A stretch of 24,000 nt of DNA, taken from positions 130,532-154,531 of the forward strand of contig JODU01000013.1 of the NCBI GenBank assembly GCA_000720845.1, written 5' to 3'. Positions 15,524-24,000 of this stretch are shown here, one piece after another (the first letter of the stretch is position 1; each line of letters opens with the position of its first letter). This stretch comes from Kitasatospora aureofaciens (GTDB lineage Bacteria; Actinomycetota; Actinomycetes; Streptomycetales; Streptomycetaceae). Position numbers and translations under genes: made by a program. The notes under the pieces are model-generated. The model ran no database searches and had not been told where the DNA came from. It was given only the letters and a program-made list of their open reading frames with translations.

Positions 15524-17011
15524 ATGCCGAGTACGGTCGCGCACCTGCCGCGGCAGGTGCGCGAGGAGCTGACCCGCCGGCTCCGCCGCACCGGACGGGC
15601 CTTTCGCGAGAAGGACGTGCAGGTCGTCGAGGCACCGCTGCTCAAACGCGCGGTCGGGGCCTCGGCGCTCGGGAACTGCATGGAGTGGTTCGACTTCGGC
15701 GTCTACAGCTATCTGGCCGCCACCCTCGGGAAGGTCTTCTTCCCCGGCGCCTCCCCGGCCGCCCAGGTCATCTCCTCCTTCGCCACCTTCGCCGCGGCCT
15801 TCGTCGTACGCCCGCTCGGCGGCCTGGTCTTCGGGCCGCTCGGGGACCGTGTCGGCCGGCAGAAGGTGCTCGCCACCACCATGATCATGATGGCCCTCGG
15901 CACCTTCTCCATCGGCCTGATCCCCAGCTACGCCACCATCGGCATCGCCGCCCCGATCCTGCTGCTGCTCGCCCGAATGGTCCAGGGCTTCTCCACCGGG
16001 GGCGAGTACGGCGGGGCCACCACCTTCGTCGCCGAGTACTCACCCGACCGGCGGCGCGGCTTCCTCTCCAGCTGGCTCGACTTCGGCACCTTCGTCGGCT
16101 ACGCCCTGGGCTCGGCGCTGGTCACCGTCCTGAACCTGTCGCTGACCGACGACCAGATGCTCGCCTGGGGCTGGCGGCTGCCGTTCCTGATCGCCGGCCC
16201 GCTCGGCGTCATCGGCCTGTACATGCGGCTCAAGCTGGAGGAGTCGCCCGCCTTCCAGCAGCAGCTGGACGAGCACGAGAAGGGGCTGGCCCAGGAGTCG
16301 GCGGGCAGCGAGTTCAAGACCATCGTGCGCGAGCACTGGCGCCCGCTGCTGGTCTGCATGGGCCTGGTGCTGCTCTACAACGTCACCAACTACATGGTGA
16401 CCGGCTATCTGCCGACGTACCAGACGGAGACCCTGGACCGCTCCAGCGGCTTCTCGGACGTGCTGGTGCTGATCGGCATGGTCTGGATCGTGCTGCTGAT
16501 CACGTTCCTCGGCCGGCTCAGCGACCACGTCGGCCGCCGGCCGCTCTACGCCACCGGGGCCGCGGCGATGATCGTCCTCGCCGTCCCTGCCTTCCTGCTG
16601 CTGAAGGCGGACGGCGTGTGGGCGCCGGTTGCCGGGGTCCTGCTGCTGTCCACCCTGCTGGCCTGCTTCGCCGCGCCGAGTGCCGCGACCCTGCCGGCGC
16701 TGTTCCCGACCGCCGTGCGGTACGCCGCCATGGCCATCGGCTTCAACTTCGCCGTCGCGGCCTTCGGCGGCACCACGCCGCTGGTCGCGGAGGCGCTGGT
16801 GAGCATCAGCGGCGACGACCTGATGCCCGCCTACTACCTGATGGTCGCGGGCGCCATCGGCCTGGTGACCGTGCGGTTCCTGCCCGAGAGCGCCCAGGTG
16901 CCGCTGCGCGGCTCGCAGCCCATGGTCGGCTCCCGGCGGGAACAGAGCGAGCTCATCACGACCTCGAAGGACCTCTACAGCTTCTCCAAGGACCGCTCGG
17001 GCGCCCTCTGA
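15524..17011 (+). CDS. proP: MFS metabolite:H+ symporter, ProP-like proline/glycine-betaine transporter
   Basis: Long collinear resemblance to E. coli ProP as I remember it: ASALGNCMEWFDFGVYSYLAATLGKVFFPG, RPLGGLVFGPLGDRVGRQK, IGLIPSYATIGIAAPILLL, GGEYGGATTFVAEYSPDRRRGF, WGWRLPF, ESPAFQQ, LSDHVGRRP, MPAYYLMV. It lacks the long C-terminal coiled coil of the E. coli protein. The start is not certain: ATG 15524 is chosen, and GTG 15473/15476 are alternatives. Confidence 0.8.
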   Translation: MPSTVAHLPRQVREELTRRLRRTGRAFREKDVQVVEAPLLKRAVGASALGNCMEWFDFGVYSYLAATLGKVFFPGASPAAQVISSFATFAAAFVVRPLGGLVFGPLGDRVGRQKVLATTMIMMALGTFSIGLIPSYATIGIAAPILLLLARMVQGFSTGGEYGGATTFVAEYSPDRRRGFLSSWLDFGTFVGYALGSALVTVLNLSLTDDQMLAWGWRLPFLIAGPLGVIGLYMRLKLEESPAFQQQLDEHEKGLAQESAGSEFKTIVREHWRPLLVCMGLVLLYNVTNYMVTGYLPTYQTETLDRSSGFSDVLVLIGMVWIVLLITFLGRLSDHVGRRPLYATGAAAMIVLAVPAFLLLKADGVWAPVAGVLLLSTLLACFAAPSAATLPALFPTAVRYAAMAIGFNFAVAAFGGTTPLVAEALVSISGDDLMPAYYLMVAGAIGLVTVRFLPESAQVPLRGSQPMVGSRREQSELITTSKDLYSFSKDRSGAL

Positions 17012-17910
17012 AGCCTCGCCGCGGGCCGCCGTCCGCGTGCGAACGAGAGCGCGCCCGACCCGGTGGCGACCCCGGCGAAGACCAGGACGCTGCCCACGGC
17101 CTGGGCGGCGCCGTAGGAGCCGGTACCGACGAGCGGTGCCGTGCAGGCGGCGGCGACCGGGATCAGCCCGGAGTACAGGGTGGCGCGTTCGGCCCCGATC
17201 CGCTGCATGCCCATGTACCAGCACACGAACCCGACGACGGTGACCACCACCGCCTGCCACAGCAGCGCGCCCGCCTCCGTCGCGTCCGGCGGGCGCAGCC
17301 ACCCGGCCCCGTCGGCCAGGACGCCGGCCAGCGCCGACTCGGCCGCCGCGATGCCGCACACCACGGTGGACAGCAGCCGCGGACCCAGCGGCCGCAGCAC
17401 GGGTACGGCCAGCACCGCGAAGCCGACCTCCCCGGCCAGCGCGCACACCGAGAAGGCGATGCCCGCGGCGTCGGTGCGCCCCCAGCCCTGGACCGTGAAC
17501 GCCCCCACCGCCACGAACAACGCCCCGTACAGGACGGTCCGTTGCGGACGGCGCCTGTCCAGGAGGGGGAGGACGACGGCGACCACCACGGGCGCGCAGC
17601 CCACGAAGACACCGGGCACCGCGGGCTCCGCCGTGCGTTCCGCGGCGAGGACGGCCAGGTTGAAGCCGACCATGCCCACGGCCGCGAGCAGCGCGAGGCG
17701 CAGCCACCGGTGGGTGCCGAGCGCCCGCAACCGGGTCGCCGCACCGGGCCCGGCCAGCGGGAGGAGCAGCAGGAAGGCCAGTCCGTAGCGCAGGAACTGG
17801 CCGCCCGCGTACGGGTAGTCGCCCAGCAGGCTGTTGACGGTGAAGGACCCTCCGACGAGGACACAGGCGAGCGCGGCGAGCAGGGCCCCGCGCGTGGTGG
17901 TGGCGTTCAT
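16975..17910 (-). CDS. EamA/DMT-family transporter (10-TM drug/metabolite exporter type)
   Basis: 311 aa and very hydrophobic, with two EamA-like halves (…GGSFTVNSLL…, …VTVVGFVCWYMGMQRIGAERATLYSGLIPV…). The 3' end overlaps the proP-like gene by 37 bp (16975..17011). Confidence 0.8.
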   Translation of the reverse strand: MNATTTRGALLAALACVLVGGSFTVNSLLGDYPYAGGQFLRYGLAFLLLLPLAGPGAATRLRALGTHRWLRLALLAAVGMVGFNLAVLAAERTAEPAVPGVFVGCAPVVVAVVLPLLDRRRPQRTVLYGALFVAVGAFTVQGWGRTDAAGIAFSVCALAGEVGFAVLAVPVLRPLGPRLLSTVVCGIAAAESALAGVLADGAGWLRPPDATEAGALLWQAVVVTVVGFVCWYMGMQRIGAERATLYSGLIPVAAACTAPLVGTGSYGAAQAVGSVLVFAGVATGSGALSFARGRRPAARLQRAPERSLEKL

Positions 17911-18031
17911 GACGACGACGCTAGAGAGCGCGGCGGCCCGGCACGGGGTCCACTTGGCGTGCGCTGTCGGGGACCAATCGGAGACCGGCTCGCTCCCGTG
18001 AGGGGGAGCACCCGGCTGGAGGACGGCGGCA

Positions 18032-18059
18032 CGGTCGGCACCGACGTGTCGGCCGACCG
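18032..18059 (-). terminator. Hairpin downstream of the last gene of the crt operon (terminator-like)
   Basis: CGGTCGGC (18032..18039) pairs with GCCGACCG (18052..18059), with an additional internal CGAC/GTCG pairing. It lies 24 nt past the stop at 18083 on the minus strand. No U tract. Confidence 0.4.
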
Positions 18060-18082
18060 GCGGACCTGACCGTCCTTACGTC

Positions 18083-18574
18083 CTAGGCGCCGGGGCTCCC
18101 CGCCTCCCCGCGCTCCCGGTCCGAATCCGGCCACACGTAGGGCAGGTCGTCCGGGACCCCGGGGAACAGCTCGGCGTACACCGCGGGCTCCTTGCGCACC
18201 AGGGCCGAGCGGTGGCTGCGGTGGAAGGCCTCGTCGCCCAGCCAGGGCGGCAGTTCCCCGGCGGCGGCCAGTTCCGGCTGGTCGCGCACCGGCTCGCCCG
18301 GACGGACCTCGGCGAGCCCCGCGACGAGTGAGGCCGCGCAGCCGTCCTGGTGCCCGCGCTCGCGCCAGACCCGGCAGACGTCCAGGCCGTAGCGGACGAG
18401 CGCCTCCTCGTAGCCCGTCCACATCCGCACCGCCGGGTGGTGGCGCCAGCCGTAGCCGGGGACGGTGAGTCCGCGCAGCACCTGGAGCGCCTCCACGCGC
18501 TGTTTGCCGAGGCGGCGCCGGTCCAGGGCCAGTGCCGAGTCCCGGAAGCCGGGGTGGGGGAGGAAGGTCTGCAT
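18083..18574 (-). CDS. MSMEG_6728-like small protein, distantly pyrimidine-dimer DNA glycosylase (Pyr_excise)-like; function unproven
   Basis: 163 aa. The N-terminal MQTFLPHPGFRDSALALDRRRLGKQRVEALQVLRGL resembles the conserved N-terminus of the family (MQTFLPYxDFxxSAxxLDxxRLGKQRVE) as I recall it. The start is only 16 nt downstream of the Rieske gene stop on the same strand. Confidence 0.6.
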   Translation of the reverse strand: MQTFLPHPGFRDSALALDRRRLGKQRVEALQVLRGLTVPGYGWRHHPAVRMWTGYEEALVRYGLDVCRVWRERGHQDGCAASLVAGLAEVRPGEPVRDQPELAAAGELPPWLGDEAFHRSHRSALVRKEPAVYAELFPGVPDDLPYVWPDSDRERGEAGSPGA

Positions 18575-18590
18575 TCCGGTGCCGCTCCGT

Positions 18591-19643
18591 TCAGCCGGGG
18601 AACCGGCCGCGGGCGCGCAGGTGCCCTCGGCGTTCGGCGTAGGCGAGGTCGTCGCGCCACAGGCGGCCCGCTGCGGCGCGCATCAGCGGGCGCAGGGCCG
18701 GGGCCAGGCGGCGGGCCAGAGGAAAGCCGGGCCGGTCCGAGGTGGCGAGCACCGCTTCGACGACCGCGGTGCGGGGCCGGCCGTTCCCGTCCGGGCCGAG
18801 CGGGGTGGCGTGGCTCTCCACGACGGACCCCGTGCCCTCGCCCTCGGTGATGCGCATGACCACGGTGCGGGGTCCGGGCGCGGTGAACTCGGCCCGTACG
18901 GGGACGACCAGGCGCCCGGTCAGCCGGAAGGACACGTCCACGACGAACCGGTCGGCGGCCCCGTCTCCGCCGCCGTCCCCCGCACCGGTCCCGCCGGAGC
19001 GCGGGCTCGCTCCGGGCGCCTCGACGACGGTGAGGTCCACGAAGGAGTACGGGTGGAACCAGGCTCCGTGCCAGGGGTCGAGCCGGTTGGCGACGACGTC
19101 CTCGGGCTCGCAGGCCCCCACCCCGCGCCACACGGACGTCAAGGCCGTCGGCAGGGGCGGCCGGGCGGGCAGGAGAGGAGCCGGGGTCGGGGGCTCCTCC
19201 CCCACAGCGTCCAGCCGTACCCACACCAGTACGCCGTCGTCGTGGACCGGCAGCGGTTCCCAGCCCGCGAACGGGGCGCCGTCCAGGGCGAGTCCGTGCC
19301 AGCGGCACACGAGCGTGCCGCATCGCACGGGGCCGTCGGCCAGCGGGGCCCCGAGGTGGGGGCAGGCGCCGGGGCCGCCCACCAGCCGCCCTCGCGCGTC
19401 CCGCCAGACGACGGTCTCGACGCCGGCGACGGTGCCGGACAGCGGGCGCGTGGGGCGCACGTCCGTGCTCGCGCCGAGGACGTACCAGTTGCCCGAGGGG
19501 CGGGCCAGGGCGCGTTCGAGGGCGCCCGCGATGACGGCGGGGCGTGCCTCGCGCCAGGTCGGCCGCTGGTGCCGCCAGGGGACCGCGGGGCGCCGCAGCC
19601 GCAGGGGGAGGCGGCCGCGGCGCGGGCGGGGGCCGGTGCTCAT
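18591..19643 (-). CDS. Rieske [2Fe-2S] domain protein with an uncharacterised C-terminal domain (DUF5914-like), third gene of the crt operon
   Basis: ATG 19643 overlaps the crtB stop (ATGA). Rieske ligand motifs CPHLGAPL and CRWHG are spaced as in Rieske proteins. The C-terminal ~200 aa have no motif I can assign. The rest of track ORF 18591..20573 upstream of 19643 is crtB read in another frame. Confidence 0.8.
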   Translation of the reverse strand: MSTGPRPRRGRLPLRLRRPAVPWRHQRPTWREARPAVIAGALERALARPSGNWYVLGASTDVRPTRPLSGTVAGVETVVWRDARGRLVGGPGACPHLGAPLADGPVRCGTLVCRWHGLALDGAPFAGWEPLPVHDDGVLVWVRLDAVGEEPPTPAPLLPARPPLPTALTSVWRGVGACEPEDVVANRLDPWHGAWFHPYSFVDLTVVEAPGASPRSGGTGAGDGGGDGAADRFVVDVSFRLTGRLVVPVRAEFTAPGPRTVVMRITEGEGTGSVVESHATPLGPDGNGRPRTAVVEAVLATSDRPGFPLARRLAPALRPLMRAAAGRLWRDDLAYAERRGHLRARGRFPG

Positions 19644-20638
19644 CCGGGCTCCTTCGCGTCGAGGACGCCGCCGCAGGGCACCGGCGCGGACGTAGGGGCG
19701 CGACGGGCACCGAGCCGGGCGTGCAGGACACGTACCAGTCCGTCGGCCGCGACCGCCGCGCGGCGCCGGCGGGACACCACCGCGCGCCGGTGCAGCACCG
19801 CGTACCCGCCCTCCGCGACGGCGTCGAGGATGTGCCGGTAGAGCACGAACGCGGTACGGATGCAGGGCCGTGCGACGGGGTCGAGCATGGCGAGGCCGGG
19901 CTCGGCCTCGCGGTAGACGGCCCGGGTGAGGTCCTCTGCGGCCCGCAGCGCGGCCGTGATGCGCGGGTCGGGGCGGCCGGTGTGCCTGCTCCAGAGCAGC
20001 AGGTCTCGGTGGACGCCGTGCGCGGCCAGCAGGTCGGCGGGGAGGTAGATCCGGCCCCGGTCCAGGTCCTCGCCGACGTCCCGCAGGAAGTTGGTCAGCT
20101 GGAAGGCGACGCCCAGTGCGGCCGCGTGCGGGGCGGCCGGGGCGCGGTCGGTCACGGTGCCGAGGACGGGCAGCATCTGGAGGCCGATGACGGCGGCCGA
20201 ACCGTGCATGTAGGCGCGCAGGTCGGCGTAGGTGGCGTAGTCGGTGACCGTGAGGTCGGCGCGCATCGAGGCCATGAAGTCGGTGAAGTGCGCCGGTGGG
20301 ATGGCGTACCGGTCGGCGGTGTCGGCCAGCGCGAGCACCACGGGTTCGGCGGCCGGCCGTTGGCCGGTGAGCGCCCGCCGCAGCAGTGCGTCGAGGCGGG
20401 TGAGGGCGGCGGCGCGCTCGTGGGGCGTGGTGCCGGACCGGGTGTCGTCGACGATGTCGTCCGCCCGGCGTGCGAACCCGTACAGGGCGTGCACGGCCGG
20501 TCTGCGGTCGGCGGGCAGCAGGCGGGTGGCCAGGAAGTAGGTGCGTCCGTGCCGGGCGTTGAGGAGCCGGCACCGGGTGTAGGCGGCGCGCAGCTCAGGA
20601 TCGGTGATGCCGGCGGCGTCGAGCTCGCGCGTCGTCAT
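19640..20638 (-). CDS. crtB: Phytoene synthase
   Basis: 332 aa. Squalene/phytoene synthase Asp-rich motifs [13 protein letters not shown] and [21 protein letters not shown] 20638 overlaps the crtI stop (ATGA). Confidence 0.9.
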   Translation of the reverse strand: MTTRELDAAGITDPELRAAYTRCRLLNARHGRTYFLATRLLPADRRPAVHALYGFARRADDIVDDTRSGTTPHERAAALTRLDALLRRALTGQRPAAEPVVLALADTADRYAIPPAHFTDFMASMRADLTVTDYATYADLRAYMHGSAAVIGLQMLPVLGTVTDRAPAAPHAAALGVAFQLTNFLRDVGEDLDRGRIYLPADLLAAHGVHRDLLLWSRHTGRPDPRITAALRAAEDLTRAVYREAEPGLAMLDPVARPCIRTAFVLYRHILDAVAEGGYAVLHRRAVVSRRRRAAVAADGLVRVLHARLGARRAPTSAPVPCGGVLDAKEPG

Positions 20639-22152
20639 CGGTGCCCTCCCCCGGCCGCCGCGGGGCGGGCCCGCTTTCCGGTGATGCGGGCGGCGGCCAG
20701 TTTCCCGGAGACCAGTACGGTCGGTACGCCGACGCCCGGGGTGGTCCCGCAGCCCGCCAGGACGGCGTTGTCGGTGCCGCGCACCAGGTTGCGGGGGCGG
20801 AAGGGCCCGGTCTGCGCGAAGGTGTGGGCCACCGAGAACGGGGTGCCCGCGGCGTGCCCCTGTGCGGTCCAGTCGGCGGGGGTCACCAGGCACTCCTCCT
20901 CGACCGCGGCGGCGATGCCGGTCAGTCCCCGGTGTTCCAGGGTGGCGAGCAGGCGGTCGCGGTAGCGGGGCGCGAGGTCGCTCCAGGCGTGGGCGCCTGG
21001 GCCGATGTCGGTGTTGGGGCAGGGCGCGAGGACGTAGTGGAGGTGGCGGCCCTCGGGCGCGAGGGCGGGGTCGTGGGCGGTGGGGCGGGTGATCAGCAGG
21101 GACGGGTCGCTCATGAGGGTGCCGGTCCTGGTGAGTTCGTCGAAGGTGCCTCGCCACTCGGCGCCGAAGGAGAGCGTGTGGTGGGCGAGGTGCGGCCAGG
21201 TTCGGGTGGTGCCGGCGTGCAGGACGACGGCGGAGGGCGCGTGCCGCAGGGCGACGGGCCGGCGCGGGCGGCGGCCCAGCAGCCGGTGGGCCACGGGCAG
21301 GTCGGGGGTGAGGACGACGGCGTCGCAGGGGATGCGCTCGTGCTGGGTGACGACGGCGGTGACGCGGCTGCCGGACCGCTCGAGGCGGGTGACGTCGCGG
21401 CCGAGGCGCAGGTCGGCCCCGGCCGCGACGGCGGCGTCGGCCATGGCGCGGGGCAGGGCGTGCATGCCGCCGCGCGGGAAGTAGACGCCGGCGACGGTGT
21501 CCATGTAGGCGATGACGGCGTATGCGGCCAGCGCGCGGGCCGGCGCGACACCGGCGTACAGGGCCTGGAAGGAGAAGATCCGCTGGAGCCGTTCGTCCGT
21601 CAGGAACCCTCCGATGCGGCTCTCCAGGCGGCCGAAGCCGCCGAGGGCGGCGAGCCGGGCGAGGTCGGGGGTGAGCAGGCCGAGCGGCGAGTCGAAGTTG
21701 GCGTCGATGAACCGGCGCATCTGCACGGCGTACAGCCGCCCGAGCCAGTCGCGCAGCCGCCGGTACCCGGCCGCCTCCCGGGCTCCGGCGAACCGTTCGA
21801 CCTCCGCCTCCATCGCGTCGGCGTCGGTGTGCACGTCCAGGGTGGTGCCGTCGGCGAAGCACGCCCGGTAGGCGGGGTGCAGGGGCAGCAGGTCGACGCG
21901 GTCGCGCAGCCGTTCGCCGACGGCCGCGAAGGCCTCGTCGGCCAGGTCCGGCATGGTCAGCACGGTCGGTCCGGTGTCGAGGTGGTAGCCGCCGAGTTCA
22001 CGTCGGCCGGCCCGGCCGCCGGGCAGTGGTTCGCGTTCCACGACGGTCACCCGCCGCCCCGCGCCCAGCAGGTGCAAGGTGGCGGACAGCCCGGCGAGTC
22101 CGGCCCCGACGACCACGACGTGGTCGGTGCGGCCGGGCACCGTCCGCGTCAT
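20635..22152 (-). CDS. crtI: Phytoene desaturase (FAD-dependent, CrtI type)
   Basis: ATG 22152 has a GGAG RBS 6 nt upstream. N-terminal dinucleotide fold [39 protein letters not shown], then GPTVLTMP, and C-terminal [25 protein letters not shown] typical of CrtI. GTG 22218 is a less likely alternative start. Confidence 0.9.
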   Translation of the reverse strand: MTRTVPGRTDHVVVVGAGLAGLSATLHLLGAGRRVTVVEREPLPGGRAGRRELGGYHLDTGPTVLTMPDLADEAFAAVGERLRDRVDLLPLHPAYRACFADGTTLDVHTDADAMEAEVERFAGAREAAGYRRLRDWLGRLYAVQMRRFIDANFDSPLGLLTPDLARLAALGGFGRLESRIGGFLTDERLQRIFSFQALYAGVAPARALAAYAVIAYMDTVAGVYFPRGGMHALPRAMADAAVAAGADLRLGRDVTRLERSGSRVTAVVTQHERIPCDAVVLTPDLPVAHRLLGRRPRRPVALRHAPSAVVLHAGTTRTWPHLAHHTLSFGAEWRGTFDELTRTGTLMSDPSLLITRPTAHDPALAPEGRHLHYVLAPCPNTDIGPGAHAWSDLAPRYRDRLLATLEHRGLTGIAAAVEEECLVTPADWTAQGHAAGTPFSVAHTFAQTGPFRPRNLVRGTDNAVLAGCGTTPGVGVPTVLVSGKLAAARITGKRARPAAAGGGHR

Positions 22153-22449
22153 CGCGCGCTCCGGCCGGCGGGCGGTCCACCCGCCCGGTGAGTGCCGTCG
22201 TGGACCGTGCTGGGGCACATCGCGGGGTCCTCTCGTGGGGTCGGCGTCATGCCTTCCCCGCTCGCCTCGGGTGCGACGCCGCGGGGGCCGGTTCCCGTCC
22301 GGCAGTCACCCGCCCGGCGCAACCTCGGCCCCCGGCGGAGCTCCGCGCCCGCGGCGTCCAGCGCGCCGGGCGACCGCGGACGGCACCGGAGCGGAATACT
22401 CCGCCGAACGGGACCGAGCCGGCGGGCGGACCGAAGGGAAGGAGGCGGT

Positions 22450-23688
22450 GTGTTCGACGCGGATGTGCGGGAGGCGGGCGCGCTCGACGCGGACATCGTG
22501 GTCGTCGGCGCCGGGGCCGCGGGGCTCTCCCTGGTGCACCGGCTGCCGTCCGGGGCACCGCACGGTGCGGTGCCCTCCGTGGTCCTGATCGATCCGCCGC
22601 CCGGCCCGCTGCGCCCTCCTCGGCGCACCTGGTGCTACTGGGAGACCGGGGCCGGACGCTTCGACCGGGCGACGACGGCGTCGTGGGAGTGGCTGCGGGT
22701 GCGCGGCCGGGACGGGGCGGTCGTCCGGCGGCACATCGCGCCCGCCCGCTACAAGATGATCCGCTCGGACGACTTCGAGGCGCTGGTGGAGCGGGACCTG
22801 AAGGACCGGCCGGGGCTGCGGCGCCTGTCGGCCACCGTCGGCACGGTGACCGGCCTGCCGGACGGCACCGCGGGGGTGGCGGCCACGGACGCCACCGGCG
22901 CCCGGGTCCGCCTGAGCGCCCGCTGGGTCTTCGACTCACGCCCGCCGGAGCGACTGCCGGCCGCCCGTACCCGCCTGCTCCAGCACTTCCGCGGCTGGTT
23001 CGTCCGCACCGAGCGGCCGGTCTTCGAGCCGGAGGTGGTCGACCTGATGGACTTCCGCACGGCGCAGCCGGCGCGGGGTCTGTCCTTCGGCTACGTGCTG
23101 CCCACCGGACGGCACACCGCGCTGGTCGAGTACACCGGGTTCGGCCCGGCGCCCCTGACATCCGACGCGTACGACGACGCGCTGGAGGACTACACGCGCC
23201 GCGTCCTCGGCACCGGCGCCGTGGAGGTCCTGTCGACCGAGCAGGGGGTGATCCCGATGACCGACGCCGACTTCGGGCGGCGGGCCGAGGACGGCGACGG
23301 CGACCGCGTCTTCCGGATCGGCGTCGCGGGCGGGGCGACCCGGGCGTCCACCGGCTACACGTTCGCCGCCGTGCAGCGGCAGTCCGAGGCCGTGGCCCGT
23401 GCGGTGCGCGCGGGCCGCCGGCCGGTGCCGCCGCCCCCGTATCCGGCGCGGGCCCGGCTGATGGACGCGGTGCTGCTGCGTGCGTTGGACACCGGCCGGG
23501 TCGACGGCCCCGACCTCTTCTTCCGGCTGTTCGACCGCGTACCCGCCGCGCGGCTGCTGCGCTTCCTGGACGGCCGGTCGGGCCCGTGCGAGGACCTCGC
23601 GGTCGGCGTGCGCGTCCCCGTCCTGCCGATGCTGCGCACGGCGGCCGAACTGCCGTGGCTGCGGCGCCGCCGCCTCCCCCTCCGCTGA
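22450..23688 (+). CDS. crtY: Lycopene beta-cyclase (CrtY/CrtL family)
   Basis: GTG 22450 is preceded by a strong RBS GAAGGGAAGGAGG. FAD fold DIVVVGAGAAGLSLVHRL. Family motifs LLQHFRGWFVRTE, FGYVLPTGRHTALVEYT, GVIPMT and GVAGGATRASTGYTF. The upstream part of track ORF 22192..23688 has no support. Confidence 0.85.
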   Translation: MFDADVREAGALDADIVVVGAGAAGLSLVHRLPSGAPHGAVPSVVLIDPPPGPLRPPRRTWCYWETGAGRFDRATTASWEWLRVRGRDGAVVRRHIAPARYKMIRSDDFEALVERDLKDRPGLRRLSATVGTVTGLPDGTAGVAATDATGARVRLSARWVFDSRPPERLPAARTRLLQHFRGWFVRTERPVFEPEVVDLMDFRTAQPARGLSFGYVLPTGRHTALVEYTGFGPAPLTSDAYDDALEDYTRRVLGTGAVEVLSTEQGVIPMTDADFGRRAEDGDGDRVFRIGVAGGATRASTGYTFAAVQRQSEAVARAVRAGRRPVPPPPYPARARLMDAVLLRALDTGRVDGPDLFFRLFDRVPAARLLRFLDGRSGPCEDLAVGVRVPVLPMLRTAAELPWLRRRRLPLR

Positions 23689-23711
23689 GTGCCGACCCCC
23701 GGGAGTCACCG

Positions 23712-23957
23712 ATGCCCTTCCGCCACGACACGGCGCCGATCGCCGCCTTCGGCCACGGAGCGGCCCGCCGCGGCCGCCCCGCCGTCCCCGCCCCGGACCA
23801 CCACCGTCCCGTGAACCGCCCCGGCACAGGCGGGTCGACGGCGCCCCGGGGCGGGACCACGCACACCGGCGGTACGCGGGCCACCGCGTCCCGGTGCGGG
23901 GGGCTGCGGGGCGGCGGCCCGCAAGGCAACCGGGTCCCCGCCGGTGATGCGCGATGA
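23712..23957 (+). CDS. Possible small hypothetical protein (81 aa, Pro/Gly/Arg-rich) downstream of crtY
   Basis: ATG 23712 has GGGAG 7 nt upstream, and most third positions are G/C. The product is low-complexity with no motif, and the signal could equally be background composition. Confidence 0.2.
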   Translation: MPFRHDTAPIAAFGHGAARRGRPAVPAPDHHRPVNRPGTGGSTAPRGGTTHTGGTRATASRCGGLRGGGPQGNRVPAGDAR

Positions 23958-24000
23958 TCCGGCGCGGTGGGGCCGGACAGGGAGGCGAGGAGCGGCCGCC

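Noticed and set aside
15379-18069. 896-aa plus-strand ORF spanning the proP-like gene (other frame) and the EamA gene (antisense)
   Set aside because: Low-complexity Arg/Pro/Gly product. The region is fully explained by two transporter genes with strong family resemblance.
18076-19841. Long ORFs 18076..19731 (-) and 18465..19841 (+) over the Rieske and MSMEG_6728-like genes
   Set aside because: Low-complexity shadow frames with no motifs. They conflict with the well-supported operon structure.
19644-21862. Upstream extensions of the Rieske ORF (to 20573) and the crtB ORF (to 21862)
   Set aside because: The extensions are the neighbouring crt genes read out of frame. ATGA-coupled starts at 19643 and 20638 give proteins of normal length whose family motifs begin right after these starts.
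22393-22420. GGAAT (22393..22397) as an ECF-sigma -35 element for crtY
   Set aside because: No matching -10 (GTT or CGTC type) at the expected 16-18 nt spacing. A pentamer alone is not evidence.
22026-23957. 643-aa plus-strand and 560-aa minus-strand (22247..23929) ORFs overlapping crtY
   Set aside because: Shadow ORFs. Only the frame starting at GTG 22450 has the FAD fold, the lycopene cyclase motifs and a strong RBS.
1-24000. Search for CRISPR arrays, tRNA/rRNA genes, IS elements, integrases, toxin-antitoxin or defence-system genes
   Set aside because: I saw no spaced direct repeats, no cloverleaf-like segments, and no transposase, recombinase or nuclease-helicase type ORFs. The window appears free of mobile or defence elements.

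Overview
High-GC, Streptomyces-like actinobacterial chromosomal window of ordinary and accessory metabolism. No mobile elements, CRISPR arrays, tRNA or rRNA genes were recognised. There are five blocks. (1) 1-7301: a galactan/galacto-oligosaccharide utilisation locus with a CUT1-type ABC permease, a sugar-binding lipoprotein, an intracellular GH42 beta-galactosidase, a secreted GH30 enzyme with a CBM13/ricin domain, and a Maa/LacA-type acetyltransferase. (2) 7412-9194: an orphan SAM-methyltransferase, a 61-aa membrane protein and a PPOX/FDOR-type flavoprotein. (3) 9273-13879: a siderophore-type ABC importer (ATPase, lipoprotein receptor, fused FhuB-like double permease) followed by a frameshifted DEDDh exonuclease. 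Two near-consensus DtxR/IdeR/DmdR iron boxes sit at 8533-8551 and 9273-9291. (4) 14038-17910: a secreted LIP-family lipase, a ProP-like MFS osmolyte symporter and a convergent EamA exporter. (5) 18083-23688: a carotenoid cluster. On the minus strand crtI, crtB and a Rieske protein are linked by ATGA stop/start overlaps, and a small pyrimidine-dimer-glycosylase-like gene follows after a 16-nt gap. crtY is divergent on the plus strand. The best leads are the iron-box-controlled flavoprotein of unknown function and the two uncharacterised genes at the end of the crt operon. The many long antisense or out-of-frame ORFs in the track are GC-driven shadow ORFs. All homology statements come from motif recognition by eye and have not been checked against any database.
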